DNA from: an uncultured Gammaproteobacteria bacterium
Lineage (GTDB): Bacteria; Pseudomonadota; Gammaproteobacteria; UBA9214
DNA: 64,000 nt
NCBI GenBank assembly: GCA_963773065.1
Contig: CAVYZN010000009.1
Coordinates: forward strand, 32,001 to 96,000
Direction of reading: 5' to 3'
How positions within the stretch are numbered: position 1 is the first letter of the stretch; every line of letters begins with the position of its first letter. Shown in pieces: positions 43,498 to 53,486 of this stretch. A model generated the notes under the pieces. The model saw only the letters and a list, made by a program, of their open reading frames with translations, had not been told where the DNA came from and made no database searches. Position numbers and translations under genes: made by a program.

Positions 43498-45024
43498 ATG
43501 ACGAGTATCAGCGGCGATCACAATACATTCCCCTCACTCTTACTTTGGGTAATGGTAGTGCTGGGAATCGGGGTCTCACTCGGTGTACTGGTTGGCGGCA
43601 TGACCAACCCTCTCCTGCTAATCGTTGTCATCGCAGGCATCGTGGCCGTCATCCTTATGTTTCAGAATATCGAACTGGCCCTTCTGGCGCTTGTATTCAT
43701 CACCTACACCATGCTCTCCGATGTGTTGGTTAACACTCACGGATTACCATCTATTACTAAGCCCATAATAGCGCTGCTTTTGCTGCTCCTGCTGGCACGC
43801 TGGTTTCTGCGCGGAGAGCCTCCTGCGGGAGGAGGGATCGCACTGGTACTTATGCTCGGCTACGGATTGCTCATTTCACTGTCGTTACTGTATGCGGTTG
43901 ATACCGACAGGACGGTAGAAAATATCTCAGAATTCGTCAAGAATGCGGCCATTGCTATTATCATTACCCTGATCCTCAAGCGCGGTGACACGCTACGTCA
44001 TGTATCCTACTCGATACTCGCAGGCGGAATTTTTCTCGGCACGATCAGCACCTATCAATACCTGACGGGAACGTTCGACAATGAATACTGGGGCTTTGGC
44101 CTGGCCAGGATCCAGGACATCGTTGGCGAACTGCAATCCTACCGGATTGGCGGTCCGATCGGTGATCCGAATTTCTACGGTCAAATGCTTTTGTTTGTGG
44201 TGCCATTGGCTGTTGATCGCCTGCGCAATGACAAAGAGAACCTCTGGCGTCTAATCGCTGCATGCGCGCTAGTTGTTACTCTCCTTTCAATTGCATTCAC
44301 CTTTTCCCGGGGTACATTCCTAGGCGCCGGCATCGTTCTGTTGCTGATGCTGGTGAAGGATCCGCCGCGTCCGGCGGTTACCGGAGCGATCCTCGCTCTG
44401 GCGGTTATTGCGCTTGTTGTGCTGATGCCACAGTATCTCGGGCGCATGTACACGCTCATCAGTACAATATTCCACATCAGCAACGACAGCAGCAGTTTAC
44501 AGGATACGGCAATCGAGGGACGTCTGGGTGAAATGCGCGTCGCCCTGGAGATTTTCCTTGACCATCCGCTGCTGGGTGTTGGTCTCGGCAACTATGAGCA
44601 TTATTACCAGCAATACAGCCTTCAGTTTGGTATTCCACAACGTGGCGTGGACCGCGCCGCACACAGCCTCTACCTGGAGCTTGCCGCTGAGCGGGGCTTG
44701 TTTGGATTAGGTGTGTACCTTGCCCTGATATGGTATATCTTTAGAACCATTTTGAGATCCGCAAGACAGTTGCGTGCAGCCGGTTTAACCACCTATGAAA
44801 ATATGTTCTACGCCTATGGTTATTCGCTGCTCGGTTATCTCGTTACTTCCGTGTTTCTGCATGAGCGGGCACGATTCACATGGGTCATATTGGGAATTTG
44901 CCTGTCATTTCCGGCAATTGCAGCATATGAGACATGGCGTGCTTCCAGTTCAACACGCAATGAAGGGGAGAATAAACGAAGAATTTCGCCCCGGGCTTTT
45001 TTCAGTGGAACCGATTGCGGGTAA
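43498..45024 (+). CDS. O-antigen ligase / Wzy polymerase family
   Basis: Many TM segments, GDPNFYG, TFSRG, HPLLGVG.GNY, AHSLYLE. Confidence 0.9.
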   Translation: MTSISGDHNTFPSLLLWVMVVLGIGVSLGVLVGGMTNPLLLIVVIAGIVAVILMFQNIELALLALVFITYTMLSDVLVNTHGLPSITKPIIALLLLLLLARWFLRGEPPAGGGIALVLMLGYGLLISLSLLYAVDTDRTVENISEFVKNAAIAIIITLILKRGDTLRHVSYSILAGGIFLGTISTYQYLTGTFDNEYWGFGLARIQDIVGELQSYRIGGPIGDPNFYGQMLLFVVPLAVDRLRNDKENLWRLIAACALVVTLLSIAFTFSRGTFLGAGIVLLLMLVKDPPRPAVTGAILALAVIALVVLMPQYLGRMYTLISTIFHISNDSSSLQDTAIEGRLGEMRVALEIFLDHPLLGVGLGNYEHYYQQYSLQFGIPQRGVDRAAHSLYLELAAERGLFGLGVYLALIWYIFRTILRSARQLRAAGLTTYENMFYAYGYSLLGYLVTSVFLHERARFTWVILGICLSFPAIAAYETWRASSSTRNEGENKRRISPRAFFSGTDCG

Positions 45025-45104
45025 CGATCCCTAATCCCGGAAGCAAGTGAAAATGTCGTATTGATTCCAGTCCAGACGCAAAATATTCACAGGATAATCA
45101 TTAC

Positions 45105-46562
45105 ATGCTGACAACAATGCCATCAGTACCCAGCAGAAAGCTGACAACCATCCAACTGCTCGACATTCTGTTCAAGCATAAAACCATGATATCGGCCATG
45201 GTTATTGTCACCTCTGTTGTCACGATACTGGCCGCATATGTTTTACCCCGTGATTATGAGGCAGATGCGACCTTGATGATAAATGCCGGCAGGGAATACG
45301 TTTATCGTCCGGAAGTCGGGGAAGATAAGGCATATGCAGATAACCGCTACAAACTGGTTGAATTGGTCAACGCCGAAATACAGATCCTGAATAGCAGGGA
45401 TCTGAAACAGCAAGTCATAACCACTATTGGTATAGCCAACATATATCCCACGTTGGTTGATGAGGATAACCCTCTCGATAAGGCGATAGAGACATTTGGA
45501 AAGGCGCTGGATATCAAGTCAATTGTCGATTCCAGCATTATCCAATTATCGTTCACGCATCCAGATCCCGTTATCGCCGCCAAGGCGTTGAACCTTCTTG
45601 TTGATGTGAACAACCAGAAGCACCTCGATGTCTATCGAAATTCCGCAACGCCTTTCCTGGAAGAGCAGATGCACACTTCCGAGGAACAACTCAAATCTGC
45701 CGAGGAGAGGCTGGAAGAATTCCGGCAGCGCTATGGTGTTTATGATATAGAAAAACAAACCGAACTCTTGCTCAGTCAACGCAGTGATCTAGAAAGAACT
45801 CTCAACAGTGTTGAAAACGAAATCAAGGAACTCGAACAAAAGGACATCGCTTTACAAGAGCAAATGAAGGGGATGCCAAAAAATGTCCCTATGTATTCAG
45901 AAACCCAAACTAACGATGTCAATTCAGAATCGAAAGCGAGACTGCTGGAACTCCAGATGGAAGAGCAGCAGTTACTGGGCAAATACACCGAGAACAGCCG
46001 ACTGGTGCAGAATATTAGGGATGAAATCAACAGCGCAAAGAATTTAATAGCAGCACAGAGTAACGCCAACACCGGTGTGGTCCGAACGGGAAAGAATCCG
46101 GTACTTGAGAACATCGAACTCGAGAGCATCCGTACGAAGGCCACACTGCAATCCCTGTTTGCCAAGAGGGATGCAATCAAGCAACAGCTAGAGCAACTCA
46201 ATTTGCAGTTAAAGGACATTGACACCCGACAGAATGAAGTCAGGGCACTCGAACGCGATGTAAGCGCCCGAGAGAAGAACTACAATGACTACCAGCAAAA
46301 GCTGGTAGAAGCCCAATCGGATACTGCACTTGACCGCATGAAAAGCACAAGTATACGCATTGTCCAGTCTGCGGATGTGCCCATTAAACCACTTGGTCTG
46401 CCCAACAAGATCAAGCTGGCGCTGGGGATGATGTTTGGATTGTTCGCGGGTATCTGCCTTGCATTCATAGCAGAAATCAAGCAACGCCGGCTTTCCAATG
46501 CCTACGCTGTGGAACATCGCCTGCAGTTGCCGGTTCTTACTGTATTACCCGAAAGGGAATAG
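45105..46562 (+). CDS. GumC/Wzc-N chain-length determinant
   Basis: Two TM segments flanking a long coiled coil; C-terminal LQLPVL. Confidence 0.88.
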   Translation: MLTTMPSVPSRKLTTIQLLDILFKHKTMISAMVIVTSVVTILAAYVLPRDYEADATLMINAGREYVYRPEVGEDKAYADNRYKLVELVNAEIQILNSRDLKQQVITTIGIANIYPTLVDEDNPLDKAIETFGKALDIKSIVDSSIIQLSFTHPDPVIAAKALNLLVDVNNQKHLDVYRNSATPFLEEQMHTSEEQLKSAEERLEEFRQRYGVYDIEKQTELLLSQRSDLERTLNSVENEIKELEQKDIALQEQMKGMPKNVPMYSETQTNDVNSESKARLLELQMEEQQLLGKYTENSRLVQNIRDEINSAKNLIAAQSNANTGVVRTGKNPVLENIELESIRTKATLQSLFAKRDAIKQQLEQLNLQLKDIDTRQNEVRALERDVSAREKNYNDYQQKLVEAQSDTALDRMKSTSIRIVQSADVPIKPLGLPNKIKLALGMMFGLFAGICLAFIAEIKQRRLSNAYAVEHRLQLPVLTVLPERE

Positions 46563-46614
46563 ATAGCTGCTCATACTAATGTGCTTATATTGATCGGTCT
46601 GCCTAGTAAGCGTT

Positions 46615-47535
46615 ATGTATGCAAACTTCTACAAGTTGCGCAAGGAACCGTTCAATGTAACACCGGATCCAACTTTTCTTTATTTAAGCTCAAGTCATAA
46701 GGAAGCAATAGCCGCTCTGCTCTACGGCATCAAGTCACGCAAGGGTTTCATCGCAATTCTGGGCGAAGTTGGTACCGGCAAGACCACCATAGTAAGGACT
46801 TACCTTAATTCGATCAACAGAGGCCAAATAAAACTGATCTATCTGTTCAATCCCAACTTGACTTTCAATGCCTTATTGAGAGACCTGCTTGCGGAGTTCG
46901 ACGTCAAACCCGTAAACGATGAAAGTAACAAGATGATTGCGCAACTGCATCGGTGTCTCATTGATCAGTACAGGAAAGGACGTAATGTTACACTGATCAT
47001 TGACGAGGCTCAGAACATGCCATTGCCGACACTAGAGTCGCTGCGCATGTTATCCAACCTGGAAACCACCAGGGAGAAACTCCTGCAGATAGTCCTGGTT
47101 GGTCAACCAGAACTGGAAGACATGCTCATACGCCATGAACTGCGTCAACTGCGGAATCGGATTGCGATCCTTGCGAAGATTCATCCACTGAGCGAAAAGG
47201 AAAGCTACGAATACATTCAGAGCCGGGTGGACAAGGTATCCCTGAAAAAGAACAACAGGCTATTCACCAACGATGCCCTGCGTCTAATCGTCAAACGCGC
47301 CCAGGGTATACCGCGCACGATCAATATACTATGCGACAATGCCTTGATCACCGGCTATGGCTATCAGTCCAGCGTAATCACCGCCGGCATAGTCAAGGAG
47401 ATTATCGCCGATCGAGAAGGCCGTCGGTTGCCGAGGAGGAACGCCTTGGTTAACGCCATCGGCATATTAGGACTCCTCGCCGGCCTTTATTGGGTAATCA
47501 CCATTCTTGCCCGTCAGTTGGAGAAACTGATATAG
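46615..47535 (+). CDS. ExeA/GspA-family AAA ATPase
   Basis: MY..FY.L..EPF..TPDP, GEVGTGKTT, IIDEAQN, GIPRTIN.LCD. Confidence 0.92.
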   Translation: MYANFYKLRKEPFNVTPDPTFLYLSSSHKEAIAALLYGIKSRKGFIAILGEVGTGKTTIVRTYLNSINRGQIKLIYLFNPNLTFNALLRDLLAEFDVKPVNDESNKMIAQLHRCLIDQYRKGRNVTLIIDEAQNMPLPTLESLRMLSNLETTREKLLQIVLVGQPELEDMLIRHELRQLRNRIAILAKIHPLSEKESYEYIQSRVDKVSLKKNNRLFTNDALRLIVKRAQGIPRTINILCDNALITGYGYQSSVITAGIVKEIIADREGRRLPRRNALVNAIGILGLLAGLYWVITILARQLEKLI

Positions 47536-47735
47536 GCGATTCTGCGGTGATACCATGCTGTTGATGCACAACGTCGTCTAAAGGTAAATGCTACCATGTC
47601 GAAATCAACACAAGACACGGCCATTCAACGAGCACCTGATTTCAATTTAGTCAACCTCTTGCTACTTGTGTTGGACCAAACTCCGCGGGCAGCCGGGACG
47701 CAATGCTCGTATACGCCAGATCAGGGATCGCCTAG

Positions 47736-48632
47736 ATGAGCAAAATATTCGAAGCACTTGAACACGCCAGGCGTGAAGGGGCCACGTACGATGTGCCCGT
47801 GGATGATGAATTCATCAATGAAGCTCGTCCGGAATTTGTACAGCCTGAAGTGATCGTGGAACCCGATCGTGTGGACCGGGATGTCATCCTTGAACCGCAT
47901 CGTGAACCTATCCAACCTGAAATGGATGAGGCGGATGTCTTCGCGGAGGAGGAGGTAGCTCGTGAAACCCATCCTCCCCTGGATTACCGCTTTGAGGTCG
48001 AAGATGCGATCTTTGCTCTTTATCAGCGCATCGATGCAATACTTCCGTTGAATACCCGACGCATAATACAGTTCATCGGTCCCCAGGGTGAGGAAGATGT
48101 CTCCTCAGTGGCACGCGGCTTTGCCTACGTTGCAGTCAAATCCGGAAAGTCCGTACTTCTGATTGAAGGTGATCAAAAGAATCACCATCAGAGGCGTTTT
48201 TTTAATATAAAAAACGCCGTCTCATGGATGGAAGTCGCGAATAACAGCGAAGCATTTCCAGATGCAATCAACCAGATTGGTGACATACCCTTATATGTGA
48301 GCACCAATGGAGACACGCACACCAAATCGCCACAAACCGCATTGCCCAAGGCGTTTGAAGCATTCGCCCGAGGCGTAGGTGAAGCCTATGATCTGTTGGT
48401 GGTCGACTCCAGCCCGATCCAGAGCACGAATGACGGCTTGCTGTTATCCCCCATGATGGATGGAGTCGTGCTCATCGTCGAAGCGAACAGGACAATGGGT
48501 GATGCTGCAGAAGAAATCAAGAACAGAATCATGAGAAGTGGAGGCAATCTGCTCGGGGTTGTGGTGAGCCGAGAGCGGCACTATCTGCCTGGTTTACTTG
48601 CCAAACATGTATTGCCAAAGCAGCGGAAATGA
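47736..48632 (+). CDS. CpsD/CapB-like BY-kinase domain protein, degenerate
   Basis: MSKIFEALE N-terminus, SVLLIEGD, LLVVDSSP, DGVVLIVEA, LLGVV; Walker A reads GPQGEEDVS. Confidence 0.8.
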   Translation: MSKIFEALEHARREGATYDVPVDDEFINEARPEFVQPEVIVEPDRVDRDVILEPHREPIQPEMDEADVFAEEEVARETHPPLDYRFEVEDAIFALYQRIDAILPLNTRRIIQFIGPQGEEDVSSVARGFAYVAVKSGKSVLLIEGDQKNHHQRRFFNIKNAVSWMEVANNSEAFPDAINQIGDIPLYVSTNGDTHTKSPQTALPKAFEAFARGVGEAYDLLVVDSSPIQSTNDGLLLSPMMDGVVLIVEANRTMGDAAEEIKNRIMRSGGNLLGVVVSRERHYLPGLLAKHVLPKQRK

Positions 48633-48859
48633 AAGCGTGGAACAATATTAATCATGAATGGTGAAATTCCTGAATTTTACCCTTCGATTTGATTTTTATA
48701 ATCCAGTTACAATCCGAGTCAAATCAAGTTCCTTAGCAGAATCAATCTGCAGATTCCACTAATGAGCATCCATTGATTTGGTTTTTAATATGTCTCACTT
48801 GTTTCGACAGGGAATAGGCTAAATTTAAAAATGGGTTTGGCGAGTCGAAGGACAATGGT

Positions 48860-49690
48860 GTGCGCGAAGATCAGAAACGGACACGTTACATCATTATAGG
48901 TCCGAACCGGTCGGGGACTACGGTCGTTCACTTGGCGGTGGAAGGCCACCCCAATGCCACCGCACTGAGTGACGAGATGCGCGTGTCCACATTTTTCACT
49001 AGGGGGATCCGAGCGTTTACATACGGCAGCGAGTTGCCGGAGGAAAGACAACGCGGCTTTTCCGCGCTGTTCGATGCAATCACCTTACTGCGGGGGAGTC
49101 CGGATACAATGGCGTATGGGGCCAAGGTCGCGACCAATTCACCCCGCTTGGCACGCGTCATCGTGGAGACATTGCAAGACAGCCTTCCGGACATGAAGGT
49201 TATCATCATGGCTAGGAGAGATCTCGTTGCCCAGTATGGATCTCTATTACATATGCGGAGATCGGGCATCCTGCACTCCTGGTATGAGGGCTTCAAGACT
49301 CTCAAGGTTCGCAAGATGCGAATCAGCAAATGGCGATTCCTGACTTACTGTATCGGTATCGAGGGAATGTACCGGACGCTTCTAGACCTGAAGGCGACGC
49401 ACGACGTCCTCGACGTTGAGTTTGAAGACCTGTTAAGCAACCCGAGTGTCATGTACGCCAGGCTTTTCCAATTTCTGGGCCTACCGGCAGTGGAGCCGAA
49501 CTGGGTCGACTCCAAGAAAGTGTTGCCACCGCCGGATCGCTACATCAAGAACTACGCGCAGCTTAGGGTGCTATTGGAGAAGTTCAGGCAGGGTAACTTG
49601 CCTGCATCAAGTTTGTGGGTGCCTGAATTCCTGGCCAATTCATATGAACGGTTGCGGTACCTGAAACAAAGGTATCTCCTTCGTATCTAG
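48860..49690 (+). CDS. sulfotransferase family protein
   Basis: IIIGPNRSGTT (5'-PSB), HP, IIMARRD...GS, FEDLL..P....LFQFLG. Confidence 0.8.
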   Translation: MREDQKRTRYIIIGPNRSGTTVVHLAVEGHPNATALSDEMRVSTFFTRGIRAFTYGSELPEERQRGFSALFDAITLLRGSPDTMAYGAKVATNSPRLARVIVETLQDSLPDMKVIIMARRDLVAQYGSLLHMRRSGILHSWYEGFKTLKVRKMRISKWRFLTYCIGIEGMYRTLLDLKATHDVLDVEFEDLLSNPSVMYARLFQFLGLPAVEPNWVDSKKVLPPPDRYIKNYAQLRVLLEKFRQGNLPASSLWVPEFLANSYERLRYLKQRYLLRI

Positions 49691-49811
49691 CGGTTCGAAT
49701 GGCATCTGTTATGATGTCCGTGTCGCGTTGTTACTCGGTTCTTATCTTCGCCAGAGTATGCGGCAGCTCCTCACGCCTGCAAAGCCCAAAGCGCGATGCA
49801 GTTGTCATAGT

Positions 49812-51206
49812 TCAGCGATTCGCCAACGGCGTTTCCTCGATTAATCCCCCCTGCAGCCCGATGATAAGCCTCTCGTGTATACCTCCGAACCCGCCGTTGC
49901 TCATCACCAGGATATGGTCCCCCGCTCGGGCTTCGCGGACGATTTCATCGACGATGGCCTCCACGCTGCCGCTGACACTCGCCGGCACACCGGCCGCTTG
50001 CGCCACATCCGACAGCGACCAGGCAAGATCGCCGGGTTCATGCATCCAGATGCGGTCCGCCCCCTGCATCGAGGCCGCCAGAGTACCGCTGTGCACCCCC
50101 ATACGCATGGTATTGGAACGCGGTTCCAGCACCAGCAGGATACGCGCCTGACCGACCCGCTGGCGCAGGCCCTGCAGGGTGGTGGCAATGGCCGTCGGAT
50201 GATGGGCGAAATCATCATAGACCGTCACCCCGTTGACGCAGCCGCGTATCTCCATGCGGCGTTTGACCCCCTGGAATTCCGCCAGGGCCGCGATGGCCAC
50301 CGGCACCCGCACACCCGCGTGACGGGCGGCGGCGATAGCGGCCAGCGCGTTGTGCATATTGTGCTCCCCGAGCTGATCCCAGTTGACCGTGCCGGCCAGG
50401 CGGCCCTCCAACAGGACATCGAAGCGGCTGCCATCAGCGGACTGCCGGCGCACCTGCCACAGGGCCGCACGGCCACCAGTGGCTACTATCTCCCGCGGTG
50501 TCCAGCAGCCCATGGCCAGCACCTCGGCCAGGTTGGCATCGTCCCCGTTCTCGATAATCAAGCCGTTGCCGGGGATGGTGCGTACCAGGTGATGGAACTG
50601 GCGTTTTATCGCCGCTAGGTCGGGAAAGATATCGGCATGGTCAAATTCGAGATTGTTCAACACCAGCGTGCGCGGCCGGTAGTGCACGAACTTGGAGCGC
50701 TTGTCGAAGAAGGCCGTGTCGTACTCGTCCGCCTCGACGACAAAGTAAGGGCCTTTGCCAAGGCGCGCCGAGACGCCGAAATTGGCGGGGATGCCGCCGA
50801 TCAGAAAGCCAGGGGACAAACCGGCATATTCCAGGATCCACGTCAGCAGGCTCGCCGTGGAGGTCTTGCCGTGCGTGCCGGCCACCGCGAGCACCCAGCG
50901 ATCCGCAAGCACGTGTTCCGCCAGCCATTGCGGTCCCGAAGTATAGGCCAACCCTGCATTCAACACGTGTTCGACAGCGGGGTTGCCGCGTGAGAGCGCG
51001 TTACCGATGACCACCTGATCGGGCGCCGGATTCAAGTGGGATGGCTCATAACCTTCATGCAGGCCGATGCCCTGTTCCGTCAATTGAGTGCTCATGGGCG
51101 GGTAGACATTGGCATCCGAGCCGCTGACCCGAACACCCTGTGCGCGGGCCAGCAGCGCAATGCCGCCCATGAACGTACCGCAGATTCCGAGGATATGGAT
51201 ATGCAT
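49812..51206 (-). CDS. mpl: murein peptide ligase Mpl
   Basis: MHIHILGICGTFMG, AGTHGKT, EADEYDTAFFDKRSKF, DDFAHHP. Confidence 0.97.
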   Translation of the reverse strand: MHIHILGICGTFMGGIALLARAQGVRVSGSDANVYPPMSTQLTEQGIGLHEGYEPSHLNPAPDQVVIGNALSRGNPAVEHVLNAGLAYTSGPQWLAEHVLADRWVLAVAGTHGKTSTASLLTWILEYAGLSPGFLIGGIPANFGVSARLGKGPYFVVEADEYDTAFFDKRSKFVHYRPRTLVLNNLEFDHADIFPDLAAIKRQFHHLVRTIPGNGLIIENGDDANLAEVLAMGCWTPREIVATGGRAALWQVRRQSADGSRFDVLLEGRLAGTVNWDQLGEHNMHNALAAIAAARHAGVRVPVAIAALAEFQGVKRRMEIRGCVNGVTVYDDFAHHPTAIATTLQGLRQRVGQARILLVLEPRSNTMRMGVHSGTLAASMQGADRIWMHEPGDLAWSLSDVAQAAGVPASVSGSVEAIVDEIVREARAGDHILVMSNGGFGGIHERLIIGLQGGLIEETPLANR

Positions 51207-51725
51207 TCAGGCCACACTCAGGGGAAATAACGCATTGATGATCTGCATGGCCACCAGTGTATACAGCATGGCCACGCCTATCGCCACTGGGAGGTTAATC
51301 GACAGGGCATGGCGCATGATATGCGCCACCACGATGAGACTCCAGCCGAACAGCAACAGCCAGAACAGGCTGGCCAGCAAAGGTTGTTGCTTGGTTTCCT
51401 GATCCGGCAACAGTAACGGCATCACTGGCAGGGCAAGCAGCCCGAGCAGCGTTCCGGTGCCGGCCAGTGCCGTGAGTGTCTGGTTCAACCGCGCCATCTT
51501 GCCGAGAAAATAGAGCAATGCGATGGTAAACATGATCAGCAGGACAGCATCCACCAGCGCCATCTGTACGGCGGTAACAAGCGGATAACCGGGTAGTGAC
51601 AGCAGAAAAGACACAAGGGTGTAGCTCGCAAGAGCCAGCCCCAGCAACTCTCGTGAGGCCGGCAGATCCTGCGGTCCGGCGCGCAACAGGCAGATATCAA
51701 ACCAGATAGTGAGCAGTCGCGACAT
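51207..51725 (-). CDS. hypothetical integral membrane protein
   Basis: ICLLRAGPQDLPAS, about five TM segments, AHIMRHAL; abuts the mpl start. Confidence 0.8.
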   Translation of the reverse strand: MSRLLTIWFDICLLRAGPQDLPASRELLGLALASYTLVSFLLSLPGYPLVTAVQMALVDAVLLIMFTIALLYFLGKMARLNQTLTALAGTGTLLGLLALPVMPLLLPDQETKQQPLLASLFWLLLFGWSLIVVAHIMRHALSINLPVAIGVAMLYTLVAMQIINALFPLSVA

Positions 51726-51814
51726 CTAACTCAGTGATTTCTCGCAAATTCACTATGGAGTCGCGATGGTAAAGCAGGCAATCCTATTGCAAGGAATGAA
51801 TCCGATGACTGATT

Positions 51815-52846
51815 TTATTTGGCGGCTGTTTTCCTGGCCGCCACCGTCTTCTTTTGCGCGCTCTTCTTCAGTACGACCTTGCTGGGAACCATTTTCTTGG
51901 GGGCCGGTTTCCTGGAATTTGACGTCCCGGTCGGTGACTTCGCTGTGGACGACTTCCTGGGGGTTGCCTTTGTTGGCAGCGCTTTCCCGGTTGCTGCCTG
52001 CTTGGTTGTTGCCTTCTTGCCCGTTGCCTTTTTGGAAACCGCCTTTTTTGGCGTTGCTTTACGAAAGTCCGTCTTTCCTGGCGTCGATCTCCGCGGAGCG
52101 GCCGCTTCCGGCTTGCTTGTCGCCTCCTCCGATGCGACCTGTTGCCTGGCGATGGCGCGCCGGATCACGTCCGCGCGCGACTCGCTCCTGGCACGCGCCC
52201 TTACGTCTTCCACTATCTTGCGCACCGCCCTGAAAATATCGGAGATTTCGCCGACGCCCTGCACGGTACGCAATTTGTCCTGCCCCCTGTAGTACTCGAT
52301 AACTGACAAGGTGTGCATCTCATAGATGCGCAGACGGTTACCGATGGTTTCCTCGTTATCGTCCGCCCGGTGGCGCAGCCTGCCCCCGCACGCGTCGCAA
52401 CGCCCATCAATGCGGGGGGGAAAATAATAGACGTTATACACCTGACCGCAGGACAGACAGGTCCGTCGCCCGACCAGTCGCTGCAGCAGGGCATCGACAT
52501 CCACGGCCAGCAACAAAGCCAGATCCAGGGGACGCCCCAGTCCGCCGAGCAGCTGATCGAGTACTTCCGCCTGCGCCAGGTTGCGGGGAAAACCGTCCAG
52601 AATGAAACCGTTGCGTGCATCGGGGCGAATTATCCGTTCCTGGACGATGCCCAGAACGATGTCATCGCCCACCAGTTGCCCGGCGTCCATGGCCAGTTTC
52701 GCCTGGCGTCCAAGTGCGGAACCGGAGGCCACCGCCTCACGCAGCAGATCACCGGTGGCTATTTGCGGAGTCTTGTAACGCTCGGCGAGGAGTTCGGCCT
52801 GGGTGCCCTTGCCAGACCCGGGCGCACCGAGCAGTACGATTCTCAT
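51815..52846 (-). CDS. adk: adenylate kinase with Zn-LID and Lys/Ala-rich C-terminal tail
   Basis: LLGAPGSGKGTQA, TGDLLR, LDGFPR, CLSC...CDAC, RADDNEE. Confidence 0.93.
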   Translation of the reverse strand: MRIVLLGAPGSGKGTQAELLAERYKTPQIATGDLLREAVASGSALGRQAKLAMDAGQLVGDDIVLGIVQERIIRPDARNGFILDGFPRNLAQAEVLDQLLGGLGRPLDLALLLAVDVDALLQRLVGRRTCLSCGQVYNVYYFPPRIDGRCDACGGRLRHRADDNEETIGNRLRIYEMHTLSVIEYYRGQDKLRTVQGVGEISDIFRAVRKIVEDVRARARSESRADVIRRAIARQQVASEEATSKPEAAAPRRSTPGKTDFRKATPKKAVSKKATGKKATTKQAATGKALPTKATPRKSSTAKSPTGTSNSRKPAPKKMVPSKVVLKKSAQKKTVAARKTAAK

Positions 52847-53082
52847 GTTGCCATTCCCCCCGCTATCATGTTGATTTTCCTAAGCTGGTGTAACAATGAA
52901 GTTTTTTTGAATAGGAACATATAATAATTTGCATGGCCGAAATGCAAAACAGCGTTTAAGCTACCCCCAGCTACGGGTAGAAGTCAACGAAGTTCATGAA
53001 ATAAATAAAGTTTTGAGCTAGAATCTGGCACCCTTGAAAAGCGCTAACCTGCCTGCCCGCCAACCGAGCCCAACTACCCAGC

Positions 53083-53425
53083 ATGAGCCAGATTGCCGAT
53101 TTCACGGAAAGTGAAATGTGGATCATTAAAACCACGCTCGCGGAGCGCTACCACGAAGCCGTGGAGCCGCAGCTCGCGGACAGCGAGCTGCGGCTCGATC
53201 CCTATTCCAGTGAGCTTACCCCAGTGTCCGGTGGCTTACTGGGAAAAAGATGGCTGCCACTTCGTTGTGTTCAAGACCGGAGCCCACAACTACCGCTGCC
53301 AGTTCTATTACCGGGTTCATCAAATGTTCGGCACCGGGATCGAGGAATTCGACGACCTCTCCGAATGCATGGTGACCCTGTTGCAGGTTCAAGCCGACCA
53401 TGCGGCCAAACTTGCGGGACATTAA
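53083..53425 (+). CDS. conserved hypothetical protein (frameshift near 53225)
   Basis: MSQIADFTESE...ELRLDPYSSEL joined to CPVAYW...YRCQFYY...TLLQVQADH. Confidence 0.7.
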
Positions 53426-53486
53426 CCGCCAACTATGCGAATTGCATATCATGCCAGCAATACCAAATTCAAAGGGAGAACAGTAG

